Positions 26,021 through 38,940 of a DNA stretch of 64,000 bases are shown here, piece after piece. The notes under the pieces are model-generated. The model saw only the letters and a list, made by a program, of their open reading frames with translations, did not search any database and was not told the DNA's origin. Origin of the DNA: Octopus vulgaris (taxonomy: Eukaryota); assembly GCA_951406725.2 (NCBI GenBank), contig OX597829.1, positions 56,358,001-56,422,000 of the forward strand, read 5' to 3'. Every line of letters begins with the position of its first letter. The first letter of the stretch is position 1. A program made the translations under genes and the position numbers.

Positions 26021-26049
26021 TGTTTCTTTAATCTAACGGCCTTGTCTAC

Positions 26050-26394
<345 letters not shown>

Positions 26395-26476
26395 GGTCTC
26401 AGGTTGAGTTGGGGTTAACCACAGTAAATAAGGTACTCAATACATAGCAGAGTAAATTAATTTATTATATAGAAGG

Positions 26477-26527
26477 AGCTTCTACAGGACTAGAACTGTT
26501 TCATTCAAAAGAAATCATCAGGAAGCT
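26477..26527 (-). ncRNA. Compact type I hammerhead ribozyme motif (family D)
   Basis: Minus strand: agcttc-CTGATGA-tttc-tttt-gaat-GAAACAG-ttctagtc-CTGTA-gaagct. Stem I is 6 bp, stem III is 4 bp, and the core is intact. Confidence 0.8.
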
Positions 26528-26902
26528 AGTAGACAAGAGTTGTTTTGGCATTTATACATTTAGGCAGGTTTAAATGGGTGGTGGTGGGGGACTTTTTTGG
26601 GGGTAGGCATGGCGCAAAACTATCATTATTAGGGGAGTGGTCAAAGGAATCGGTGGTAAAGTAGATAAAAGAATAAATAAAAGAATAAAAGAATAAATAG
26701 AAAAATAGAGTTTTAGGTAAGTAAGGAGACTCTCACTTGTACATCTACATATATATAAAATCCTTAAAAAAAATGTTTTAGCCCGAAGGCCGCGGCCATG
26801 CTGGGGCACCGCTGAATGAGCTACACTAGTTTGTGAATCCACCTCTCATACGTGGCACTTGATCAACAAGGGAGTTCGATATATATATATATATATATAT
26901 AG

Positions 26903-27115
26903 AGGCGCAATGGCCTAGTGGTTAGGGCAGCGGACTCGCGGTCGCAGGATCGCGGTTTCGATTCTCAGACCGGGCGTTGTGTGTGTTTATTGAGCGAAAA
27001 CACCTAAAAGCTCTACGAGGCTCCGGCAGGGGGTGGTGATCCCTGCTGTACTCTTTCACCACAATGGCGGTGCCCCAGCATGGCCACAGCTCAAGAGCTG
27101 AAACTGGAAAAACAA
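26903..27115 (+). mobile_element. Third tRNA-derived SINE family (tRNA-Arg-like head; decayed copy ~1205-1470)
   Basis: ggcgcaatggcctagtggttagggcagcggactcgcgg...ggtttcgattctc; shares the ggtgccccagcatggcc tail. Confidence 0.75.
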
Positions 27116-27129
27116 AAAACAAAAAACAA

Positions 27130-28056
27130 AATATATATATATACACCCACATATTCACATATATCTATATATATACATACATACACACATATACATACAC
27201 ATATATATATATATACATACATATACATATATATATACATATATATACACACATACCTATGTACATACACACAAATACACATATACATACATATATATAC
27301 ATATATGTATACACACTCGCACATATATATACATACACACATATACACATGCATATACATGCACACACATACACACACATTTTTATTTCCTTATTTTAAT
27401 TTTATTATTACTTTTGTTTATATCTTTATTTTTATCTTGACCTCGGTCAGCCGGTCTCAAGGGATGGTCTCTCTAAAGAGTCCATTTATCTATCTACTCA
27501 CTGCTACAAACGCAAACACTCACTCACGCCCACACACTCACACGTACACTCATACCCATACACACACGCACGTGTTATATTCATACATACATACATCTAC
27601 ATACATTCACGTATATTCACATACGTACACGTTCCTACTGATTTATATCTACACGCATACACATACATACCTCAATACACCCACAGAAGACTAGTCCATA
27701 CATATACACTAATAAATATATATACACATATACACATACACATACATACACATACATACATATATATATATATATACATATAAATATACATATACATATA
27801 CATACACATATACATTCATACATATATACACATACACACATATATATATATGCGTACACATACACACACACACACGCGCATCTATATATACACAAAAGTA
27901 CATACATGCATAAATGTATACATATGTTTATACATATACGTGCGGTTACCCATTATACAGACGGATACATACATATAAACATACACATATATACCTATTT
28001 ACACATATGTATATATACATACATACATACACACATAACTCTACATACCTACATAT

Positions 28057-28110
<54 letters not shown>
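27130..28110. repeat. Compound TA/CA low-complexity region
   Basis: Read directly; source of many spurious ORFs. Confidence 0.95.
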
Positions 28111-28405
28111 CTTTATTTAAAAGCAGCAGAAAATTTCAAATAAAGGTTACAAACCTCATTAAGGGATAATAAATTCCAATGAATATACTGGTTTATTACC
28201 TATTACAAGAATTATTGAATACTACAATTAGTATTCAACTGTAAGGTAACTGGATAAACCAGGGTTTATATATTTTTAAGAAAATTAGAAAATACGGAGA
28301 TAATTAAATTAATAACTATTTATTAATTATAATATCCGATTTTATAATTAATAAATAATTATTAATTTCATTATCTCTCTATTTTCTTATTTTCTTAAAC
28401 ATATA
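28110..28405. repeat. Unique segment plus AT-rich fold-back (28268-28405) between TA tracts
   Basis: About 67-bp arms around ccg; a second hairpin at 28188-28262. Confidence 0.75.
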
Positions 28406-28412
28406 CATATAT

Positions 28413-28874
28413 ATCATCATCATCATCATCGTGTAACGTCTGCTTTCCATGCTAGCATGGGTTGGATGATTTGACTGAAGTATGGCGAACCAGATGGCTG
28501 CACCAGGCTCCAATCTTGATCGGGCAGAGTTTCTACAGCTAGATGCCCTTCCTAACGCCAACCACTGTGAGTGTGTAGTGGGTGCTTTTACGTGCCGCTG
28601 GCACGAGGGCCAGTCAAGCACTACTGGCAACAACCTCACTCGAACATTTTTTCACGTGCCAGTAAGGCAAAGCTGATAACAATCACACTCGAATGATGCT
28701 TTTTACGTGCCACCGGCACGGAAGCTAGTTAGCCACTCTGGCAACAATCATGCTCAGATGATACTCTTAGCACTCCACAAGCACGGATGCCAGTCATCAA
28801 ATTTGATTTCAATTTCACTTGCCTCAATAGGTCTTCGCAAGCAGAGTTTAGTGTCCAATGAAGGAAAGGTATGC

Positions 28875-28880
<6 letters not shown>
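28413..28880 (-). mobile_element. RTE LINE 3' UTR with ~60-bp tandem units (similar pieces at 1-95, 39829-40215, 45777-46563, 47420-47690, 50850-51215, 54170-54383)
   Basis: (gat)n tail, ccatgctagcatgg palindrome and repeated gcttttacgtgccaccggcac-like units. Confidence 0.85.
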
Positions 28881-28914
<34 letters not shown>

Positions 28915-28967
28915 TTCCTCTATAATATATTTCTTTGTATAAGCGCAAGCAAATTTATTCTCATTCC

Positions 28968-29786
28968 TACGTGGCCTGATCAATAAGTATCCGGACTTTT
29001 GCCATAGTAATGAAACTAAAGCACACAGAGTTAAGCCACTTGGCACAGATTGACCTTGAGTTCTGTTGTGCACGCACACTAAGTTTTAACGTTCTAGCTC
29101 ACTTCCCCTATTTACAGCAGTGCCTGGAAGGGAGGTGTGTAACATGTGATTGTCACATTGATAATAACAGAAAACTTGGCAATACCTGCTCAGAGGCCTA
29201 TGCAAAGTTTTCAATAAGTTTTCATTATTTTCGACACAATCAAGATCTTGTGCAACTGAAACCCATGTGTCTTTTTGGTCAGTTGAAAGCAGTTTTGGCA
29301 CAAACTTAGTAGACATATGTCTCATACCCAAATCTTCAGTGATAGTGGACTGAACTGAACCGTAACTAATCTGCACATCCTCTGATAACTCACAGATGGT
29401 GATTCTATGATTTCCTCTCACAGCTGCATGTACATCTGCAATGTTTTTCTCAGTTCTTCTGGTTGCAGGTCTCCCAAAACGTTCATCAATATTGACATTT
29501 CTTCAGCCATCTAAGAAACATTTGAACCCTTCATACACTTGTGTGCAACTCAAGCACTCCTCTCCATACACTTTCTGCAACTCTGCGTAGGCCTCTCAGT
29601 AAGTATCACCATAACAACTTCCTCTGTCATTACGATCACACACTACACACCTTCCTTCCAAGCACTGCTATAAACCGTGGAAGTGAGCTAGAGTTCAAGG
29701 TCAATCTGTATCAAGTGGCTTCACTCTGTACGCTTTAGCTTCATTACTATGGCAATAGCACAAATACTTATTAATTAGACTGCATA
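28968..29786. mobile_element. Mariner-derived fold-back element (both arms from the transposon 5' end)
   Basis: Long imperfect TIRs; minus-strand RITICELSEDVQISYGSVQSTITEDLGMRHMSTKFVPKLL (mariner HTH and WVPxxL-like linker). Confidence 0.85.
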
Positions 29787-30311
29787 CATTACTGAAAATA
29801 CATCTTATTTATAAATATAAATATTTATAAATATAAGTTTCCATATTTCCTTTTTAAAATATATATTTCATTTAAAACATTCAAGCTCCTGCGTTAATAA
29901 ATATATAAAAACTTTCCCCAAATATTCTAATTTAATTAGCAGTCATTGATATTCAGTTGTCACCAAGAATCAAATAAAAGATTCTAAACTAGTTTGTTGT
30001 CGTGTGAAATTTCCCATTTCAATAAGGTAAAACCTGTATTGTTAAAACTCTATGCTCATTCAAGTGGCTACATAAAAGGATAATTGTATAGTGAAGTAAT
30101 TTCAATAATATATACAATGAAGGTGTTCTTTCACTTGTTTCAGTCATTTGCCGGAGGCCATGCTGGAGCACCACCTTTAGTCAAACAAATCATTCCTAGG
30201 ACTTATTCTTAGTAAGCCTAGTACTTATTCTATCAGAATATTTTGCTGAAAGTTACAAGGGCATAAACACATCAGCATCGATTGTTAAGTGATGGTGGGA
30301 AAACAAACACT

Positions 30312-30357
<46 letters not shown>

Positions 30358-30886
30358 TACATACATATATACACGATGGGCTCCTTCCAGTTTCAATTTA
30401 CCAAATCCACTCAAGGCTTTGGTCAGCCCAAGGCTATAGTAGAAGACACTTGCCTAAGGTGCCACATGGTGGGACTGAATCCAGAACCATATGGTTGGGA
30501 AGCAAGCTTCTTACCGCATGCCCAGTCTATATGTGTTTCTACATAATAAGTGTTATATATGTGCACTTAAACATATATATATATATTTCATTTTTGGATT
30601 TAGTTTACAAGATTCTTTTTTGTTGGATCTTGCAACCTTTTCAAAGGTTGTAAAGAGTCAAGACAAAAATTTTAGGAAAATAAAGATGAGAAATAAGTGG
30701 AAATTTTACCGGTGAGTGTGTTAAATTATAAGGCACAAAAAGAAAATTACTCTCCCCAGAATATATAGTATACAGTATATATACATATCATATAGAATCT
30801 AAGTATTTTAATGTTCAGGAAACCAGGAGAGAGTCAAGTTCCACATGTATAATAGACATACCAAACATATAGAACACAATACACAT

Positions 30887-32262
30887 GCTGCTGACCTTGC
30901 TCTTATAGCTGAATCACAACCTGAACTAGAGAAGAAGTTCCAGGTATGGAAACAAAGTCTAGAATCGAAGGGCCTTAGAGCCAATGTAGCAAAAATCAAA
31001 GTTTTAGTAAGTAGGAAGGCTGTCAAATCACAAATCCCTTCAGGCAGATGGCCCTGCTCGATCTGTAGAAAAGGTGTACATAGAAACTCTGTAAGATGCA
31101 CCCAGTGTAAGCTTTGAACGCATATAAGGTGCAGTAATATCAGAGGAACGTTAACAGGGAAACTACCTCTTCTATGTAGAAGATACACAGGTACAATAAA
31201 CGCTGAAAATATGCAGAAAATAGACTCCATCAACTGCCAGAGAGTTAAGCTAGAGATAGTAGATAGCTTCCATTGTCTAGCTGACCAAGTTAGTAGCAGG
31301 GGTAGATGCCCGAGAGCACAGCTGTTAGAATAAGATTAGGCTGGGCAAAGTTCAGAGGGCTCCTACCCCTGCTGGCAACAAAGCCCTCTCTCTCAGAGTG
31401 AAAGGCAGATTGTATGATGCCTTTGTACAAACAGCTATGCTGCCTGGCAGTAAAACATGGGCTGTGACAGCCGAGGACATGCGTAAGCTTGAAAGTAATG
31501 AAGTCAGTGTGCTGCGCTGAATGTGCAATGTCAGCATGCATGTTCGACAGAGTGTAAGCATATTGAGAGAAAAGTCAGGTATAAGAAGTATCAGATGTGG
31601 TGTGCAACAGAGACAACTGTACTGGTATGGTGATGGGATGCATATGGATGAAGATAACTATGTAAAGAAGTGCCAATCTCTAACTGAGGAGGGAACTTGC
31701 GGTAGAGGTTGTCTCATGGGGCGAGATAGTGAATCATGATCTTCAAACTTTGAGCTTTACAGAGCAATGATTAGTGACTGAGACCTATGGCTAAGTGCTG
31801 TGCTTGAGAGGACCCATCAAGCCAAGTTTACCCATTCTGGTGGCACATAAAGTTCACCTTTCAAGAGTTGGGCCTCATGGAGGCAAAGTGGCTGAGTTCC
31901 TTTCGAGTGTTGGGCATCATGGAAGCAATGGCCAAGACCTTTGGTATTATGTCATGCTTCAGAAGAAGACTCATCAAGCTGAGCAAAATCATAGACATGG
32001 CAGATACTGGCGTCATGCAAATTGGCACCCATGGTGATGACACATAAAAACACCTTGGTGTCATGCAAATGGCACCTGTGCCAGTGGTACATAAAAGCAC
32101 CCATTACACTCTTGGAGTGGTTGGTGTTAGGAAGGGCATCCAGCCATAGAAAACTATGCCAAGTAAGACTGGAGTCTGGCACAGGCTTCCAGTATGCCAG
32201 CCAGATCAAACCATCCAACCCATGGCAGCATGGACAATGGACATTAAATGATGAAGATGATA
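30887..32262 (+). mobile_element. RTE LINE 3' half
   Basis: ADLAL...PCSICRKG...; near-identical to 60987-62405. Confidence 0.92.
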
Positions 32263-33015
32263 TATATATATATGAATACACACATTTGTGTATGTATTCA
32301 CACACAGGTTCATGATCCAATGCCAGTTATAGATCATAGATCAACATAGGGATGGTTCTAGGTATGGTAAGTATATAAAATAGGAACACAAATGGATTTT
32401 AATGGCTTAAAATCCATTCATGTTCTTATTTTATTGTATGTATACATACCTGTATCAAAAACTTCCTGAACTAGTTTTGTAACATGCCAACAGATGGCAG
32501 CACAATACATAAAATTTTGGGGGAAGGAGCCAGTCGATTAGATCGACCCCAGTATGCAACTGGTACTTAATTTATCAACCCCAAAAGGATGAAAGTAAAG
32601 TCAACCACGGTGGAATTTGAACACAGAATGTAAGGACAGAGGAAATGCTGCTAAGCATTTTGCCCAATGTGTGCTAATGATTATTATTCCTTTACTGCCC
32701 ACAAGGGGCTACATACAGAGGGGACAATATGGATGGGTCAAATACTGCACTTGTTACACAAGTTATGGCACAGTGAATAGGAGTGAGAGTCAGAGTTAGT
32801 TTTCTCAAATTCTGCAATGTCTTAGTTCAATGACCCCCCCCCAACCACTTCATAAAGTACATATATTGGGATTCTGTTTTTCATGCCACCAACACTAGTG
32901 AGGTTGCCATGTATCCCAAAAGGTGAAAAAGCCTGAACCACTGAAAGAAATAATGGTAAAGACTTTAGATGAGGTGTTGGGGAAAGTTACTCATGACAGA
33001 GGGAGAATGGTGACT

Positions 33016-33229
33016 TTAACCTTTTAGCATTTAAACTGACCATATCCGACCAAAATGTTCTACTTGTTTTATTATTTAAACTGGCCTGATCGAGCCTTTC
33101 ACACCTACCCAACAATGTTATCCTAAAAATAAGTAATCACATCATCGAAATTTCAAAGCTATGAGATAATATAGGATGAATTCAAAAAGCATTACATTCG
33201 AAATGGTAATCTGAATGGCAAAGGGTCAA
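33016..33229. mobile_element. Decayed TTAA-type (piggyBac-like) MITE
   Basis: ttaaccttttagcatt ... aatggcaaagggtcaa. Confidence 0.5.
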
Positions 33230-34999
33230 GAACCAACAGAAAATAGACAAGAGCTGTCTTTCCTTCTCACCAACATGAATGAGTTCATGTTTAATATGAC
33301 TTGAAACAGAGTCAATATATAACGAAATAATACCTGTTAAAGTGATCATATAAAAGAAAATTCTGCCATCTCTAAATAAGCTGTGGTTTTAGAGAAAAGC
33401 AACTCATCCAAAATGAAAAGAAGAGAACATAGTGAAAGACCCAGGGAGGAAGGCATCAAAGGTATCAAGCATGCCCTCCTACACCTTTATTCAAGGGGAA
33501 GGTGTGTTAGCAGGAGTGGTAGATTAGGGTTAGGGCGAGTGTCGGAGTGTAGTGTGTAGTAGAGGAGAGAATCTATGCTTGTGAAACTAAACTTAACTGA
33601 ACAGGTGCAGGAATAGCATATTTTCTAAACAATGAAACTTATAATGACAGAATTGTAAAAGGGTAAGGGGTATTAAGTCTACTTTGAGTTGAGCACCGGT
33701 CCAACAAGTGCCACAATAGAAAAGTGAATTGATGAATGAATGAATGGGTGGGTAGGTATAGAGAGACAGACAGATAGATAGATAGACAGGTAGACAAACA
33801 GACTAATAGATATTTAAATACACACACAATACATAACTGACAACCACATGAAAAACATTGTCCTGAAAAGGTATTTTCTAGTAAAAAAAATATGAACCAA
33901 ATACAGTGTTAGCTCAAAGTATGAGTTTAATTCGTTTCATGACTGAGCTTGTCTTACAATTTACTTGTTTCACAAATGAATTTTTGCCACTGAAACTAAC
34001 TAAAATATAATTAATTCATTCCAGCCCCACCAAAAAAACACTCAAAAATGTATTTTTATGGGTTTTAAAACAGAAATGGTGTAGTTAGAAGCAAAATGAC
34101 AGTTATAAAAAAGAGAATGCAAAAGAAATATGTCAACTGGTTTTATTAACTGAATTACCTTAAAGATGGGATGATTTGTGTTCTTGTACTGCAGATCTCT
34201 GCTTGTAATTCAAGGTAAAAATTTGCACAAGTCTCGTATAATGGAGTACACGTACTGTGAGGTTCTACTGTATTAACATTGTGTTCCCTCTGTCAATCAC
34301 CACACTTCACTCTACACTTTTGATTGATAGGAAAAGTTAAGCATCCAACTTTTCTGAATCTAAACATTCACACACAAACTGACACACATATACAAATACA
34401 CAAACACACAGATATGCACTTATTCACACACTCAAACCTATTGTGTATGCAGGGTCAACAAACATACATTGCCATATACATTTAGACACAAAACATTGTA
34501 TAAAGAAATGAACAAGCAAGTGTGGCTAAGGCATTTGCTTCCCAACTATGTCATTGTGGGGTCAATCCCACTCCATAGCACTGAGTACAAGTGTCTTCTA
34601 CAGAAATCTCTTCTGAGTGGATTTGGTAGATAGAAACTGAAAGAAGCCTGTGGTGTATATGTGTGTGCACATGTGTATGTGTGTGTCTCTTGTCTGGTCA
34701 CTGTGTGATAGTAGTGAGTGTCAATGCCATGCATACAAGCTGTGTCATTCATCTCCAATGTTGTGCAAAAACATGTCTGACCATGGGGAAACAAGTGAAG
34801 GTTGGTGGCAGGAAAGGCATCCAACCATAGAAAAGTCTGCCTCAACAAATTCCATCTGACCTATGCAAGCATAGAAAAATGGACATTAAAATGATGACGA
34901 TGACGATGATGATGATGAATGTGCACATGTGTGCACACACAAACACACACATGCACATATATATATATACTCAGATAAGTTTCAGCCAGAACTGGCCTA

Positions 35000-35850
35000 G
35001 GCCATGATTAACTTAATAGGACCATCTGGAAAAGACACTTAATGATGTTTCATATTACAATTATTCTTTGGTCACTGTAACACATTCAAGTAAAGAGTTA
35101 TTGTTTGCAGAGATATATCCGGGTGGTTAATCTGGAGATATTTGTTGCAGATATTCATCCAGGACTTGTTTGAAAGTTATGAGATCTTTTTCTCTTCTTA
35201 TGTGTCTTGGCTATGAAGTTAAAGAGAGCAGGGCCAATTGAAAAGAAATAATTCATCTTAGTGTTGTGATGTAACATGGGCATGATTTTTGTGGAGGATG
35301 AATGGCATAGGGACCAAGCCTAGGGAAAATTCTAAGGTTAATGCCAACACTATTTGGGCAGTGCTCTTGGAATATTTTCCCTATCATACAAATGACATAG
35401 CACTTCTCATCATACAGATGTTGTATCATTTGTATGATGGGGAAGATATTCCAACAGCACAGCCCAAATGGTGTTGACATCAACTTCAAAATTTACCCAA
35501 GGTTTGGTATGATGTGGAACAAAGTTCAAGTTTATTGAGCCAATTCAAATAATCAAGAACTGTCATGGTATTTATTATTCTTTTTGTGACTGATTTCTGG
35601 GTTGCTTCAATTTTTATATTTCATTCATGTAGGGAGACCACAACAGACAACCATATTCAAGTTGGGAATGAACAAAAATAGAGACGAGAAGCATAATTAT
35701 AGGAATGTTTCTAGAATCAGAAGCAAGTCCTGAGAATCCAGGAGCATGCCCTGCAGGCCATGACGACCTTGGTGGTTTTGTGGACATTCTAGCTTAAGTT
35801 GTTGTCAATGCTACTCTGAGGTCCCTTGTGGTGATTGATACCACAAAGTT
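35000..35850 (-). mobile_element. CR1-like LINE RT C-terminal remnant
   Basis: DNNLS...ACSWILRT...SQLEYG...WSPY...KIEATQ across frameshifts. Confidence 0.6.
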
Positions 35851-36469
35851 TTCACCTGAGGGCAGAATATATGATGTGTGTATGTATAAATACACACACA
35901 CATATATCGATGTATACACACATATATACACCTAAACAAATATATATATATATATATGTATATATATGTATATATATATATATATGTATATATATATGGA
36001 AGTGTGCTTACATGGGATAATGGAAATTACGACCAGAATCGAAATCGATCAATGGAAATTGCAGATGTGTTACCAGTGCCGGTGGCATGTAAGAGAACTT
36101 TGTAGAACCGTCCAACCCATGCTAGCATGGAAAACGGACGCTAAACGATGATGATGATGATGATGATATATATATAAGCACATAAGGACATAAATATAGT
36201 AACTAGTAAAACAGTAACCATAAATCTACTTGTAATTGAAAACAGTACACTGGGATTACAGGCAACTAGGTGTGTGAGTGTACCAACATAAAACCTGGTA
36301 ACTGATAGTGGAAACATATACAGAATAAAATCATACATATCTAAGCGAATATAAATCCGTAACTGTATGTGTGAACAGAGTTAGGTATATATGCACAATG
36401 AGTTTTAAAAGTAAAGGAAATTATCTAATGGAAAAGTTAGTGGGTTTACAATGTGGTTGGGTTCTATAT

Positions 36470-36750
36470 GTCCAATGTTTGCAAGAGACTATTATTTATT
36501 TAATATTTATTTAATATTTTAAAGAGTAACAATTAGTAGGATTAATCTATGCATAAGTGGCATAGTTTATTGTTGTTTTGGTGAAGTTTGGTCTTTGAAA
36601 GTATTTTCCTTCAAATGTTGGAATATTTCAGAGACTATATGTATTTAGATAACGATGTCATAGTTTTTATATTTTGGTTATTGAATGAGTGCATGTGTTG
36701 AGTAAGGCAGCATTTAAATGAGTTTATTGTTTGTCCTACATCTGAGAAAG
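36470..36750 (-). mobile_element. Penelope-like GIY-YIG endonuclease remnant
   Basis: VGQTINSFK...QHMHSF...SLSKYI...KILSK...LCHLC...SCKH; same architecture as 5680-6030. Confidence 0.65.
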
Positions 36751-38279
36751 ACAGGCAAGAGTGTTTGTTACAACAGAGTAGAAGTTTGGCACCAGCACTA
36801 GTGAGGTCACTTTGCATCTTGCAAATCTATAAAAACCCTAAAGTCCCCCACAAAAAAGTTAATACATGAGAGATGAATTTTGATGATTTTTTTTTATTAT
36901 ATGACAAGAGAGGATGAATAATGACAAAAGAAAAAGATTAAAGTAGCAGAGTAGACACTGTTGGGAGAGGAAGAGTGAAAGGGACAGACAAAAAGGGAAG
37001 GGATTTGGGTCAGGAGTTGGTGAGAATGAGAGGGACTGAGTAGTGAGAGTGGTGAGATGAATTGTGTAGGAGGAATCCACTGCTGTATCCGATTATAAGG
37101 CTGTGAGAAGTTAACATAGTGAGATAGAGATGGCAGAGAACAAGGATTCAGAGAGAATCCTTAAAGAAAAGAAATGTCAAAAGGGATTGTGGGTTAGTAG
37201 GAAAGAGAGAGAGCTGAGAGGCTGTGAAGGTGGCAGAGAAAAAGATACTGAAGGGTGCCATCGATGGTGGTGGAAAAGCAGAGGATGAATGCAGCAAAAG
37301 CGTCCTGGGTGTGGAGGCTGTGGAGAGAGGAGAGTGAAAGAGAGGCATAAAGATGGAGGATAGATACAGCAAGAGCACCCCAGCCATCAACATTCTCCTT
37401 TTTACTGCTCTTTTGATTATGCTTACTCAAGAGAGTGTTTTCTCCAAGACAATTGTTGCAGATACTTGTCTTCTCTTTTGTGAAGTTCAACAAACATCTT
37501 GAAATCAATTTTCTTCACTTCATCCATATCTTACCAGGTTTACCTCTCCAACAGACATCATCCACTTTGAGCACTCAGCCCTTTTGTTTATGCAGCTGTT
37601 GCCATCCATACACATCAAATGCCCACCATACCCATACAAGACATTTGTATTCTGCCGTTCGTGCACACAAACATTACACATCAAACAAAGTAAACTCACT
37701 TCATTTCTTTCTAGTTTTCACTAGACGTCTGCAGTAAACGCTCGCATTGCACAACAATGCAGAACCACACTTTGCACACAAATATCTTACAGGCTGTCCT
37801 TCAATTTGTAGAAAAATCTCTTTGTTGCAAGCAAAGTTAATAGCTCCTTGAACATTCTCCAACATGTTCTTACTCTGCCAACTACACTTTCGGGGCAGAC
37901 ACCCCACTGCTTTTGGTCAACTGAGTAACAGAAACCATCCATTACTTATAAGGAGCCATCTCAGTTCTGAAGAAGATCTTTTTCCCAAGATCTCTTCATG
38001 ATTAATGCCCCTGTGCACTTGCTACACATGAAAGCTATATTTCCTATTAGTCTGCCTCTAATCTATCTATACCGCTTCTGTCCAGTATTTACAATATACT
38101 GAATTTCCATTCACTTTTCTTTTTATATACATAGAGAGAACAGGTATTCGTTTAATAGTATCAGGATCTAATTTTCTTTCCAATTAAAAATTCTGCTTTT
38201 ACTAATACTTTCAATACAAGATTTTACCTCCACATATGGAATTTCTGATGTGTTTGCATGTGTGTGTGTGTGTGTGTGT

Positions 38280-38316
<37 letters not shown>

Positions 38317-38875
38317 CTGGTTTCAATACCACTCTGTAACCATGGTAAAGCCACTGCTAAGCATCCTTCATGTATAACAAACTTACTTAATCAACACTTG
38401 AGATTATGACAAAAATCTACTCTGACTCATTTAATCTGTTCAAAAATACATATCGTTGCCTTCATTGTTGTTGTCAATCATCGACATCATCATCATCGCC
38501 ACCACTGCTACCATCATCATTGTCATCATCATCATCATCATTTAACATCCATTTTCCATGCTGGCATGGGTTGGATGGCTTGACAGAAACTGGTAAGGCC
38601 AAAGAGCTGCACCAAGCTCCAGTTGTCTATTTTGGCATGGTTTCTATGGCTGGATGCCCTTCCTAATGTCAACCACTCCACAGAGTAGTTGGTGTTAAGA
38701 AAGGCATCCAGCTATAGACACAATTTTAGACACAATTTCAGGATGCTTTGATACGATAAAAAACATTAACAAATTTAAAGAATTTTAGGCATTTAAAATA
38801 GCCCTGAGACCAAGACATTGAACAGTAGAATAATAATGCATTTGTAAAATATTTCTAATAAAGAAACTAACCAAC

Positions 38876-38940
38876 CTTCTTTGTATTCAGCAGACTCCAA
38901 CCAGGATAAAAGTCTCTGGGATTTAACTTTTCATAATTCT
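38876..38940 (-). CDS. HHAT: HHAT coding exon 2: (E)NYEKLNPRDFYPGWSLLNTKK
   Basis: 65 nt; acceptor tttttctttcag, donor gttggt; phase 1 to 0. The GW...KK|D junction fits HHAT/Rasp proteins. Too short for the ORF track. Confidence 0.85.

Noticed and set aside
26903-26975. Possible tRNA-Arg gene
   Set aside because: No clean cloverleaf; continues into a SINE body and tail.
28560-28800. Repeat-spacer-like array resembling CRISPR
   Set aside because: Degenerate tandem units of a LINE 3' UTR in a eukaryote; no cas genes or unique spacers.
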